The notes under the pieces: generated by a model
Database searches by the model: none
What the model saw: the letters and a program-made list of their open reading frames with translations, nothing else
What the model was told of the DNA's origin: nothing
In this document: piece after piece, positions 17,662 through 25,579 of the stretch
Position numbering within the stretch: the first letter of the stretch is position 1
Layout of the letters: every line of letters begins with the position of its first letter
Source of the DNA: a virus
Taxonomy: Duplodnaviria; Caudoviricetes
Direction: 5' to 3' (one strand)
DNA: 64,000 nucleotides
Virus record (IMG/VR): IMGVR_UViG_2887127144_000001
Made by a program: the position numbers and the translations under genes

Positions 17662-17832
17662 ATGCTGAACGACAAGAATTTTATGTCCGTAGCCGAGGCC
17701 GCTGAGGCGCTTGGCATAACCCGCCAGTGGCTTCACAAGCTGGTCAAGGCCGGGAAGGCCCCGGCACATATCCAGGTTGCCGGGCGGACCATCTTCGACC
17801 GAGCGGACGTCGAACGGCACGCCAAGAAGTAA
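17662..17832 (+). CDS. AlpA/excisionase-like HTH protein (56 aa)
   Basis: FMSVAEAAEALGITRQWLHKLVKAGKAP...GRTIFDRADVE. Confidence 0.8.
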   Translation: MLNDKNFMSVAEAAEALGITRQWLHKLVKAGKAPAHIQVAGRTIFDRADVERHAKK

Positions 17833-17853
17833 CCATTGACAGGGAGAAACCAC

Positions 17854-18024
17854 ATGAAATTCCAGATCACCCCCACGAAGAAGGGCCACACTATCGAACT
17901 GCTGGACGGGAACGGCAAGCCGATCATGAGCGGCACGCGCCGCTATGCCCGCGCCCGCGATGCCGAGCGGGCCGTCGAGCGCATCCAGGAGCGGGCGATG
18001 TTCGCCCCCGTGGAGGTCGCGTGA
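17854..18024 (+). CDS. YegP/DUF1508-like protein
   Basis: MKFQI...L.DGNGKPIMSG..Y....DAERAVERI. Confidence 0.7.
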   Translation: MKFQITPTKKGHTIELLDGNGKPIMSGTRRYARARDAERAVERIQERAMFAPVEVA

Positions 18025-18158
18025 ACGCCCTCGGGTTCACCTGCGGCCTGCTGCTGCTCTCGCATCACGTAGGCTATCCTCTGGCGACGTCCAGCTGGTG
18101 GCTGTGCTTCGTCGGAGTGCTCCTCGGCACGTCATCCTCGTCGGGGAGGTCGAAATGA
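18021..18158 (+). CDS. Small hydrophobic protein
   Basis: GTGA/ATGA coupled on both sides. Confidence 0.45.
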   Translation: MNALGFTCGLLLLSHHVGYPLATSSWWLCFVGVLLGTSSSSGRSK

Positions 18159-18343
18159 AGATCGATTTGCTCACGCTCACCAGGCAGAAGTACTCCCAAC
18201 GGCACCCGGAGCGCGATACGCGCCAGATGCCGGTAGATGACACCCTCTTGGCTGCCCTTGAGGCCGTCGAGGAGCAGCTTGAACGCCTCCGGACGCGGCA
18301 GGAACGCCTGGAGGCCAAGCTGAACGCACGGGACGCGGAGTAG
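18155..18343 (+). CDS. Small coiled-coil protein
   Basis: GGAGG RBS. Confidence 0.6.
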   Translation: MKIDLLTLTRQKYSQRHPERDTRQMPVDDTLLAALEAVEEQLERLRTRQERLEAKLNARDAE

Positions 18344-18346
18344 GCC

Positions 18347-18958
18347 ATGCTGCACCACGCGTACCTCATCAAGGGATGGCTCCTCGACAAGGACCCGCCC
18401 GCGGCCGTGACCGAGGCACTGGAGGCGATTATCGGCTCTCTCGGCCGTGAGACGGCTCCCGAGCAGGCTATTCCGGTTCTGCCGATCCCCACTCAGCCAC
18501 CTGCCCCGGCTCCTGACACTGCCGATGAACAGCAGGAGCAGGCCGGCAGCGAACCCAAGGACGACCATGAGCCACCGGCTCCCGCCAGGAAGAAGCACAA
18601 CATGTCCCCCGAGGCCCGCGAGGCCGCCCGGCAGCGAATGATCGCCATGCAGGCCCGGAAGCGGGCCGAGCGTGAGGCCGCCACAAGGGAACATCAGCCT
18701 GTCTTTACGAAAGAGGAGCTCCGCATCACCGTTCCCGCACCCAGGCGGAAGACCAGCTTGTCGGACGGCGACTGGCCCGAGATCAAGCGGATGCTCGCCG
18801 AAGGCCGGAGCCGAGCTGCGATCGCCAGCGATTACGACGAAGACCCCGAGGACCTCGACTTCTTCATCTCCTCCTGCCAGCGCCGGGAGGCAAGAACACC
18901 GGGGGAAGCCCTCGCGCCCCTGCCGGGAGCGGCGGCGGGCGCAGCGAGGCGGACATGA
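18347..18958 (+). CDS. Hypothetical protein with C-terminal HTH-like segment
   Basis: EIKRMLAEGRSRAAIASDY. Confidence 0.65.
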   Translation: MLHHAYLIKGWLLDKDPPAAVTEALEAIIGSLGRETAPEQAIPVLPIPTQPPAPAPDTADEQQEQAGSEPKDDHEPPAPARKKHNMSPEAREAARQRMIAMQARKRAEREAATREHQPVFTKEELRITVPAPRRKTSLSDGDWPEIKRMLAEGRSRAAIASDYDEDPEDLDFFISSCQRREARTPGEALAPLPGAAAGAARRT

Positions 18959-19401
18959 TCGCGGCTTTCATCCAGGAGCGCGGGGTGACGGTCTGCCCGC
19001 CGAGGACAGGGGATTGGACGCATAAGGCTACCGCCAATGGTCACGATACGCCGGATTGCTCTCTCTTCCGCGAGAGCAACACCAGCAGGACACCGGAGCA
19101 GAAGCTGGCGGTCGCAAAGATCCTCACGATGCTTCAGGACTTGGCCGGAAAGTCGCATGTCGGCGCGAGCGAGAGGGGCATAATCCGCTGGGACGCTGAA
19201 CGCTGGTTCTTCGAGAAGTCTGACTTGGATCTCTGGTGCGAGATGGCCGGTCTTGAGGTACACGTCGTGCGGGCGAAGGCCCGTGACATTCTGCAGAACG
19301 GCTGGCCGCAGTGGCGTGCTGAGGCGGGAAAGGGGGCGCGCTACGAGGAGCGCAAAGCCTACCGGATCGGCCGCAAGCGCCGGAAGGCAGGCCTCGCATG
19401 A
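18955..19401 (+). CDS. Hypothetical phage protein
   Basis: PEQKL...ILTMLQD...AERWF....LDLWCEMAGLE. Confidence 0.7.
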   Translation: MIAAFIQERGVTVCPPRTGDWTHKATANGHDTPDCSLFRESNTSRTPEQKLAVAKILTMLQDLAGKSHVGASERGIIRWDAERWFFEKSDLDLWCEMAGLEVHVVRAKARDILQNGWPQWRAEAGKGARYEERKAYRIGRKRRKAGLA

Positions 19402-19438
19402 AGCAGCCCCCTATCGCCGTTGACCGGAGGGCAAGCTG

Positions 19439-19825
19439 ATGGCCCGCGAGATCGACTGGTCGCCCGAACTCCACGACCCCGTCCTGATCCGGCTTCGGAA
19501 GGGACGCAAGCTCAGCATCGAGGCCTGCGCCGAGGAGATGCGGTTCAGCTACAGCACCATCCGTCGGCACGCCCACCGCCTCGGACTTATGCCGACCCTC
19601 AAGCCGAACCTGCCATCCGAGCCGCCTCCGCCGAAAAACGAGAAGCCCAACCCCATGGCCGTGGCCCAGTTCTGGCTCGGCACACGCCTCGAAGAGCGAC
19701 CGGCCGGGTACTTCCTGGACCGGCAGCCAGCCGGCCTCGATACGATTATGCGCGAGGCGAACCGCGTGGCCATGGCCAGCGGCGCCGAGCCGCTGCTCTA
19801 CAAGGACAGCTGGCGGCCATGCTGA
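19439..19825 (+). CDS. GcrA-like N-terminal HTH protein
   Basis: DWS...LIRL..G..LS....AEEM..S...I..HAHRLGL resembles the GcrA DNA-binding domain. Confidence 0.55.
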   Translation: MAREIDWSPELHDPVLIRLRKGRKLSIEACAEEMRFSYSTIRRHAHRLGLMPTLKPNLPSEPPPPKNEKPNPMAVAQFWLGTRLEERPAGYFLDRQPAGLDTIMREANRVAMASGAEPLLYKDSWRPC

Positions 19826-20007
19826 TCACCCCGGGCTTTGCGATCGTCTACAACCGCACCTACGCCCTTCGGCAGGAATACGAGCTGGCCCGGAAAGAAT
19901 ACGACGAGGTCTTCGACCTGCCCTACGACGCCCCGGACCGTCGCGAACGATTCCAGGCCGCCCGGGAGCGGATCGACCGAGCCAGGGGGCTGCTCGCCAG
20001 TGCGTAG
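19819..20007 (+). CDS. Hypothetical protein
   Basis: Overlapping ORF MLITPGFAIVY... Confidence 0.5.
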   Translation: MLITPGFAIVYNRTYALRQEYELARKEYDEVFDLPYDAPDRRERFQAARERIDRARGLLASA

Positions 20008-20173
20008 TAAGCCCGAGGAGCCAGCCGACGACGCGGAGCGGACCGGTTTGCCGATCCAGCCGGTCGACACCTACACGGACGAGCTCGGACGGAAGATCAC
20101 GATCTATCCCACTCGCTACGCCGAGGGAAGCGGCGTCCAGCCATTCACGGCCAAACCGAGGCGTCGTGAGTAG
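20000..20173 (+). CDS. Hypothetical protein
   Basis: Overlapping ORF containing KITIYPTRYAEG. Confidence 0.5.
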   Translation: MRSKPEEPADDAERTGLPIQPVDTYTDELGRKITIYPTRYAEGSGVQPFTAKPRRRE

Positions 20174-20528
20174 CGAGTCGGTAATCGTCGCCCAATGCCT
20201 CGAATGGCTCGCGCTCCATCGCGTGTTCGCATGGTGCAACAACACCGGAGCTGGCAGAATCGATGGCCGCTGGATCAGATACGGTCATCCGGGAAGCGGC
20301 GACATCCTCGGAATCCTGCCCAGTGGCTTGTTCCTCTCCGTCGAGTGCAAGACCCCCACTGGCAGACAGGCCAAGCAGCAGAAACTGTTCCAGAAGATGA
20401 TCGAGCGGAACTGCGGCGTGTATATCCTTGCACGCAACGCCGCCGACCTAGAACGGCACCTCATCGAACACCCACGATTCGCAACCTTCGGCCTGAACCT
20501 CGGCGGGCGGAATGGCCTCGGCAAGTGA
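20166..20528 (+). CDS. VRR-NUC domain nuclease
   Basis: ES.I...CL.WL...NNTGA...GSGDILG...SVECKTPTGRQ..QQ. Confidence 0.88.
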   Translation: MSSESVIVAQCLEWLALHRVFAWCNNTGAGRIDGRWIRYGHPGSGDILGILPSGLFLSVECKTPTGRQAKQQKLFQKMIERNCGVYILARNAADLERHLIEHPRFATFGLNLGGRNGLGK

Positions 20529-20648
20529 GCACACCCCGCCGCTCCAGTGCTGGCATGTGCGGCAGGATCGCCGGACATCAATACGTTCGAGAAAAGTCAA
20601 TAAAGTCCTCAACGCCTGCAGCATCTCCTGCCTCAGCTTCGGGTCCAT
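20448..20648 (-). CDS. Small Cys4 protein with DEVPF tail
   Basis: SCRTCQHW..GVC...IPP.EVQ.EGCESW..DEVPF. Confidence 0.7.
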   Translation of the reverse strand: MDPKLRQEMLQALRTLLTFLERIDVRRSCRTCQHWSGGVCSLAEAIPPAEVQAEGCESWVFDEVPF

Positions 20649-22263
20649 TAACCGTGAATCCTGTAAGGTCATAGCCAGTAATCTCCCAGTACTTATCTTG
20701 CTGCTTCACACGAATGCCGAACGGCTTTCGCAGCACGTCGGCATAATATAGGGCCGTCTCAATATGGTCGGGTGGCTCGATGCCGGACCGCCGCTTCCAC
20801 CAACCGATCGCCTTCGCCCTCGCGAAGCCCGGCGGGTGCTGGAGGCAGATCCACTCGCGATAGGTCTGAAGGCCGCATCGGTACTCGACCCTAAGGCTCG
20901 GAATCTTCCCTTCCTTTGCATGCTTGTGATAGCTGACCGACTCGACCCTGACCCACTCGCCAAGGTCGGGCGGAGGCGGTGGCTCAAGAACCATAACCTC
21001 GGCCGTGCTCGCCTCGGTCCCGTGACTAACCCGCTCTGGCCGGGTGAACGGGCGGCCGCAGTCGGCGCACTCCAACGTGCCTAGGGGGGATGCCATCCGG
21101 CAGTCTGGGCAAACCAGGCAGGTTCTCTCGTGGGACTCACGAGGCCCTCTACTGCCTGCCGCGCGCGGCGGCTTGAGCTGGGTGATTGGCCCGTGGTAGT
21201 CGATGTTCCCGGCGTAATCAAGGACGAGGCAGTTCAGTTTACCGGGGTGCAGCCGCATCCCCCGGCCGAGGATCTGGTAGTAGAGACCGGGCGACAGGGT
21301 TTTCCTCAGCAGAACGAGCAGGTCGATGTTCGGGGCGTCGAAGCCGGTCGTGTGCACCCCGAGCGACACCAGGGCCCGCAACTTCCCAGCCTTGAAGTCG
21401 GCGTGCGCGGCGTCCCGCTCGTCGTCGGGCGTGTCGCCGTGCACGAACCTGGCGGTGATGCCACGAGCGAGGAGAGCAGCCTCGACGTGCTCCCCGTGGG
21501 TTCGGCCCGCAACGAACACGAGCCATGATTTGCGGTCCGAGGCCAGCGAGAACACCTCGTCCAGCGCGGCCTGAGTCAGCTCCTCCTTGTCCACCGCGGC
21601 TTCCTGCTGGCGGTTGTTGAGTTCGCCACCTTCGATCGCCACCCCGGTCAGATCGGCCTGGATCAGCGAGGGGCGGCTCTTCAGCGGGCTGATGTGCCCG
21701 GCGTCCAGAAGCTCGGTCAGGCTCACCTCGGCCGCGATGTCGGTGAACAACCGGTCTTTCCCCTCGTGCAGCATCCCGGTCTTTAGGCGGTATGCCGTTG
21801 CCGTGAGGCCCACGACCTTGAGCCGCGGGTTGGTCTGCTTCAGCCCTTCGAGGAACGTGCGGTACATGGAATCCGAGTCGGGCGAAAGCAGATGGCACTC
21901 GTCGATCAGCACCAGGTCCCGCCAGCCGAAGAGGTGGGACTTGCGGTAGACGGACTGGATGCCGGCCACCGTGATGGGATCTCGGCTGCGTTTCTGACGG
22001 AGCCCGGCGCTGTATAGCCCGGCCGGAGCCTGCGGCCAGAAGGCCGTGATCTTGCCGAAGTTCTGTGCGAGCAGCTCCTTAACATGCGACAGGATCATCA
22101 GCCGCTGGTCCGGCCAGGCCTGGAGGATCACCTTACATAGAGCACCGATGATCACGGACTTCCCTGCCCCGGTCGGTAGGACGAGGAGCGGATTGCCTGT
22201 GTTGTGCTCGAAATACTCGAACAGCCCGTCTATCACACGCTGCTGGTAATCTCGGAGCTGCAT
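20578..22263 (-). CDS. SF2 helicase (RadD/YejH-like) with zinc finger
   Basis: LRDYQ, PTGAGKS, DECH, TAT, TTGFDAP, QILGRGMR, CPDC..CADC. Confidence 0.95.
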   Translation of the reverse strand: MQLRDYQQRVIDGLFEYFEHNTGNPLLVLPTGAGKSVIIGALCKVILQAWPDQRLMILSHVKELLAQNFGKITAFWPQAPAGLYSAGLRQKRSRDPITVAGIQSVYRKSHLFGWRDLVLIDECHLLSPDSDSMYRTFLEGLKQTNPRLKVVGLTATAYRLKTGMLHEGKDRLFTDIAAEVSLTELLDAGHISPLKSRPSLIQADLTGVAIEGGELNNRQQEAAVDKEELTQAALDEVFSLASDRKSWLVFVAGRTHGEHVEAALLARGITARFVHGDTPDDERDAAHADFKAGKLRALVSLGVHTTGFDAPNIDLLVLLRKTLSPGLYYQILGRGMRLHPGKLNCLVLDYAGNIDYHGPITQLKPPRAAGSRGPRESHERTCLVCPDCRMASPLGTLECADCGRPFTRPERVSHGTEASTAEVMVLEPPPPPDLGEWVRVESVSYHKHAKEGKIPSLRVEYRCGLQTYREWICLQHPPGFARAKAIGWWKRRSGIEPPDHIETALYYADVLRKPFGIRVKQQDKYWEITGYDLTGFTVNGPEAEAGDAAGVEDFIDFSRTY

Positions 22264-22769
22264 CAGTCCTCGACCTTGATGCGCTTGGCCTTCTTGACCT
22301 TCTCCGGCAGGTGCTTGGCGGGCAGCACCCGCTGGTACTCGCCCGACTGCTGGACCATGACGCGGTCGCCCTCCTTGATGCCCTCGATCTCCTTCTCGAA
22401 GGTCTGGACGATGGTCAGGATCTCGCCGTTCTCCAGGGCGACGGTGAACTCGACCCCGTCGTAGTCCTGGATGGCCTGCTCGACCATGTGCCCGGCGATG
22501 CCGGCCACCAGTGCGCCGGCGATCATGCCGCCGAGGGAGCCTCCGCCGTTGCCGATGTACGAGCCGCCGAGGGCGCCACCTGCGGCCCCGGCCAACGCGC
22601 CGGTCCCGGTGTTCCTGCCCTGGACCTGCACGAGGCGATAGGAGACGACGGTGCCGAACATGACGCGGGTCGCCTTGCCGACGTCCGGGTATCCGTAGCG
22701 GTTCTGGCCGGGGTGCTGGCAAGCGGTCAATAGAGTTAACGCTAAACACATTGCAATCATTCTGTTCAT
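22263..22769 (-). CDS. Glycine-zipper 2TM outer-membrane lipoprotein (SlyB/Pcp-like)
   Basis: Lipobox LTAC; GALAGAAGGALGGSYIGNGGG..GALVAGIAG. Confidence 0.85.
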   Translation of the reverse strand: MNRMIAMCLALTLLTACQHPGQNRYGYPDVGKATRVMFGTVVSYRLVQVQGRNTGTGALAGAAGGALGGSYIGNGGGSLGGMIAGALVAGIAGHMVEQAIQDYDGVEFTVALENGEILTIVQTFEKEIEGIKEGDRVMVQQSGEYQRVLPAKHLPEKVKKAKRIKVED

Positions 22770-22786
22770 GGTTATTCTCCTTACGA

Positions 22787-23521
22787 TTAATATCTTTGAT
22801 GGCAGGCTTCGTGGAAGTCGCACATTTTGCATTTGAAGTACTCCGGCCGCTCCGAGAGGCGGGCCGGAGGCGATCCCGCCGACAGGATTCGCTGGGCCTT
22901 GGCAAGTAGCGCCCTGGCCATTGTCGGATTTGCCTCGGTGCGGCAGGCGTTGTGATCCCGACCGCCGGGCGTGCAAACCGTCAGGAAGTGGCGGGTCAGG
23001 TCGAGCAGCTCCATGTAGACGACGGCCTGGGCGTAATACACCGGGTCCCAGGCTTGGAGCGTCAGCTTCTCCCCAAGCGAGGACTTCAGCTTCCCGAACT
23101 CGTCGAACTTCTTCTGGCCGACCTGCTTGTGTTCCCAGACGTGGGGTGTCTCGGGTGACTGCAAGAGGCCACGGATCACGCCGTCGACGTGCCAGCCAAA
23201 CCTTCCCTCGAACAAGGTTCCCCCGATCTGTCCTCCCGTCTGATCGTCCTCCGTCCAAAGCTCCACGCCGGGCACCATTCGTAGCCGCTCGGCCATGATG
23301 GCTTCGCCCCGGTGGCCGTCATCGAATCGCTTGATGCTGGCTGCGTTGAATGGCTTGCGCGGGACCTCGGGCCGGATCGAGTACCATAGCTTTCGCTCGC
23401 ACTCGTCGCCGATGGCCGACGCCCCGAGATAGGAGCGGCGAGGCTCCAACGCCTTACGCCGCTCCAGTTCCCGGTCGATCGCCGCGAGCGTGGGGTCGCA
23501 CACTTCGGGGATCAGCGCCAT
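22787..23521 (-). CDS. PD-(D/E)XK exonuclease (Cas4-like phage type)
   Basis: RSYLGASAIGDECERKLWY, GH..E, HVDG, WEHK, YAQ, CKMCDF..C. Confidence 0.9.
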   Translation of the reverse strand: MALIPEVCDPTLAAIDRELERRKALEPRRSYLGASAIGDECERKLWYSIRPEVPRKPFNAASIKRFDDGHRGEAIMAERLRMVPGVELWTEDDQTGGQIGGTLFEGRFGWHVDGVIRGLLQSPETPHVWEHKQVGQKKFDEFGKLKSSLGEKLTLQAWDPVYYAQAVVYMELLDLTRHFLTVCTPGGRDHNACRTEANPTMARALLAKAQRILSAGSPPARLSERPEYFKCKMCDFHEACHQRY

Positions 23522-23524
23522 GGG

Positions 23525-24040
23525 CTACTTACGGGCCCAGGCGGGGGCCGCCTTCGCTCCTGCGGAGGCCGACCCGGTAGGTGCACCGACAGCGCTGGAA
23601 ACCCCTTCGCTGCCAACAGCCTCGAAGCCCTTGATGACATTTCGGGGGTTGTAGCCTTCCTTCCGCTCGACATCGACCTTGATCATCAGCGGCTTGTTAT
23701 GCAGCTCGCTGGAGTCCTTGACTTTCAGCTTGCCGACCGCATGGCAGACCGCAGATAGCTCACGCTGGCCGATTTCCTGGGCCTGCGGGTTCGTGTTGAC
23801 AATGTTGAGGTTCGAGAAGATCAGGGCATCTTTGTGATCGCCCTCGATGACGCGGAAGCTCAGGGTCAGGAGGCGGTCATTCGCCTCCGGCCCACCGTAC
23901 TGCGTGGCCTCCTGCGCCTTCTTGGTGGGTTTCACGTCGCTGGCCTCGATGATCGCCTTGTACCAGCCGGGGGGCACCACTTCGCGTGGCTTGGAGGGTT
24001 CTACCTGGGAAGCGTCGAATTCAGCACCTAAGTAAGCCAT
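23525..24040 (-). CDS. DUF669 family phage ssDNA-binding protein
   Basis: FDASQVEP...PPGWY.A.I, L..VCHAVG..DSSELH.KP, PAWA tail; adjacent to Sak4. Confidence 0.88.
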   Translation of the reverse strand: MAYLGAEFDASQVEPSKPREVVPPGWYKAIIEASDVKPTKKAQEATQYGGPEANDRLLTLSFRVIEGDHKDALIFSNLNIVNTNPQAQEIGQRELSAVCHAVGKLKVKDSSELHNKPLMIKVDVERKEGYNPRNVIKGFEAVGSEGVSSAVGAPTGSASAGAKAAPAWARK

Positions 24041-24125
24041 AAGTCTTTCCTTTCGTAAGTTGATTGATGGTTGTCGGCTTGAGCGGGGAGCCACCCCAAT
24101 GGCGGGGGTCAGGCCGCCATGTTCC

Positions 24126-24896
24126 TTATGCTGCCTCGGCAGACGGTTCCGAGATGGCGTTGGTCATTGCGTCGTTGAACGCTGCCCAAGAGAACGGAAG
24201 CTCCGGCGGCAACCCGTATCGATTGCCTGCCATGAAGGCGGGGCTCTCGACGGTATGCAGCACGCGGTCGCCCGCGCGGCCCTTCGTTACCTTCTTCTTG
24301 AAGCCAACGTCCTTTGCGTCTATGTATACGTCCTGGTTGGCGAACAGAAGGCAGTCCGACCACTCGGTGAGGATCGCGGCCGACTTTGCATGAAGCTTAA
24401 GCATGTGTCGGTCGTAGGAGTCGGTGAGCGGGTTATCGTAGCGTTTCACCTGGTCGTGGGCGATCAGAAGCACGGCCATCCCCTTGTCGTTGCGCAGGGC
24501 GGTCAAGCCATCGAAGAGTTGCTTCCACAGGTTGACGGCAGCCACATAGCCGGCCCCGTAGCCGATGTCCTCGATGGACTTCTTCCCGGCCTCGGCGGCG
24601 ACCTGCTGGAAGATCAGCGCCTCAAGCCAGTCGGCGGAGTCGATAACAACCGTGGAGAACGGGTGCTCCTGAGTGTAGAGTGCCTCGACCGCACCGATCA
24701 CGTCGCTGTAGGAGGTGAGTTTGTCTTTCGTGACGCGGGCGACATTGAGCGCCCCAGAGCCGCCTTCGATGTCGAGCACGATGGCGCCCTCGATGTCGGC
24801 GGCGAAGGTCGTCTTGCCGATCTTCGGGGGCCCGTAGAGGACGAGGCGGGGGGGGAGAATGACGCGGGAGGGTTTGATCTCGGAGAGGTTTAGCAT
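24126..24896 (-). CDS. Sak4-like AAA_24 ATPase (single-strand annealing)
   Basis: YGPPKIGKTT, VIDSADWLE, GYGAGY, AGNRY. Confidence 0.92.
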   Translation of the reverse strand: MLNLSEIKPSRVILPPRLVLYGPPKIGKTTFAADIEGAIVLDIEGGSGALNVARVTKDKLTSYSDVIGAVEALYTQEHPFSTVVIDSADWLEALIFQQVAAEAGKKSIEDIGYGAGYVAAVNLWKQLFDGLTALRNDKGMAVLLIAHDQVKRYDNPLTDSYDRHMLKLHAKSAAILTEWSDCLLFANQDVYIDAKDVGFKKKVTKGRAGDRVLHTVESPAFMAGNRYGLPPELPFSWAAFNDAMTNAISEPSAEAA

Positions 24897-24923
24897 TAGT
24901 GAGTCCTTTCACACTTAGAGTTG

Positions 24924-25319
24924 TTACGCGGCTTCTTTTACGCTGAACGCCGGCTTCTTCGGCTTCAGCGTCAGGGCGGGCTGGATCTTCTGGTAAGCCT
25001 CCGGCACGTTGTCGCGCAGGTATCCGATCGCCTTACCGTCCGGCTTCCATACGCCGGTGAACGGAAACGGCACGGATGCGTCCCAGTCCTGATAGGCAGC
25101 TGTGATCCGCTCCTGCGACCATTCCTCGCTGTAACCGGTGGCGATCTTCATGCCCGTCGGCAGTGTGTGCGTGCCCTTCTCCGGTAGCTCGCTCTCGACA
25201 AGTTCGTAGATCTGGGATTCGATCGCGATTCGGCGTGCGTTGGCGTCTGTCTCTTGCTGTTTCGCTTCTTTCCACGCGGCAGTAAGCAGCGCGAGCTTCT
25301 TGTCGGCGTCTTGGTCCAT
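24924..25319 (-). CDS. Conserved phage protein of the Sak4 module
   Basis: W.EAK..E..A...R..IE..I; ALTLKP.KP.F tail; AAGGA RBS. Confidence 0.8.
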   Translation of the reverse strand: MDQDADKKLALLTAAWKEAKQQETDANARRIAIESQIYELVESELPEKGTHTLPTGMKIATGYSEEWSQERITAAYQDWDASVPFPFTGVWKPDGKAIGYLRDNVPEAYQKIQPALTLKPKKPAFSVKEAA

Positions 25320-25366
25320 AGGTCGTTCCTTCAGTTGGTTGTTGCATGAATAAATGAGTTGGTGTA

Positions 25367-25399
25367 TTGATACCTAATAGCTTCTACGCTAACTGTCAA
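25367..25399. promoter_or_regulatory. Overlapping divergent promoters of the replication module
   Basis: TTGATA-N17-TAACTG (+) and TTGACA-N17-TAGGTA (-). Confidence 0.45.
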
Positions 25400-25417
25400 C
25401 CGAAAAATGAGGTCCCA

Positions 25418-25579
25418 ATGGAGGAAGAAACAATCAGCAGCAAAACAGAGTCCTATTACCTTCCGTCCGACGTGTCAGCCTGGATCGAGCAGCAAGCGAA
25501 AGCGGAGAATCGCTCAGCAAGCAATTTCTTAACGACCCTGATACGGAAGATTCGCGACAGCGGCGGTAACGCAGCATGA
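25418..25579 (+). CDS. Arc/ribbon-helix-helix regulator
   Basis: SYYLPSDV..WIEQQAKAENRSASNFL. Confidence 0.75.
   Translation: MEEETISSKTESYYLPSDVSAWIEQQAKAENRSASNFLTTLIRKIRDSGGNAA

Noticed and set aside
20578-23258. Long N-terminal extensions in the ORF track (775 aa helicase, 331 aa lipoprotein)
   Set aside because: The extensions overlap real upstream genes in other frames; the likely starts are 22263 and 22769
22787-23521. Cas4 as part of a CRISPR system
   Set aside because: No other cas genes or array; it sits in a standard Sak4-SSB-exonuclease phage module
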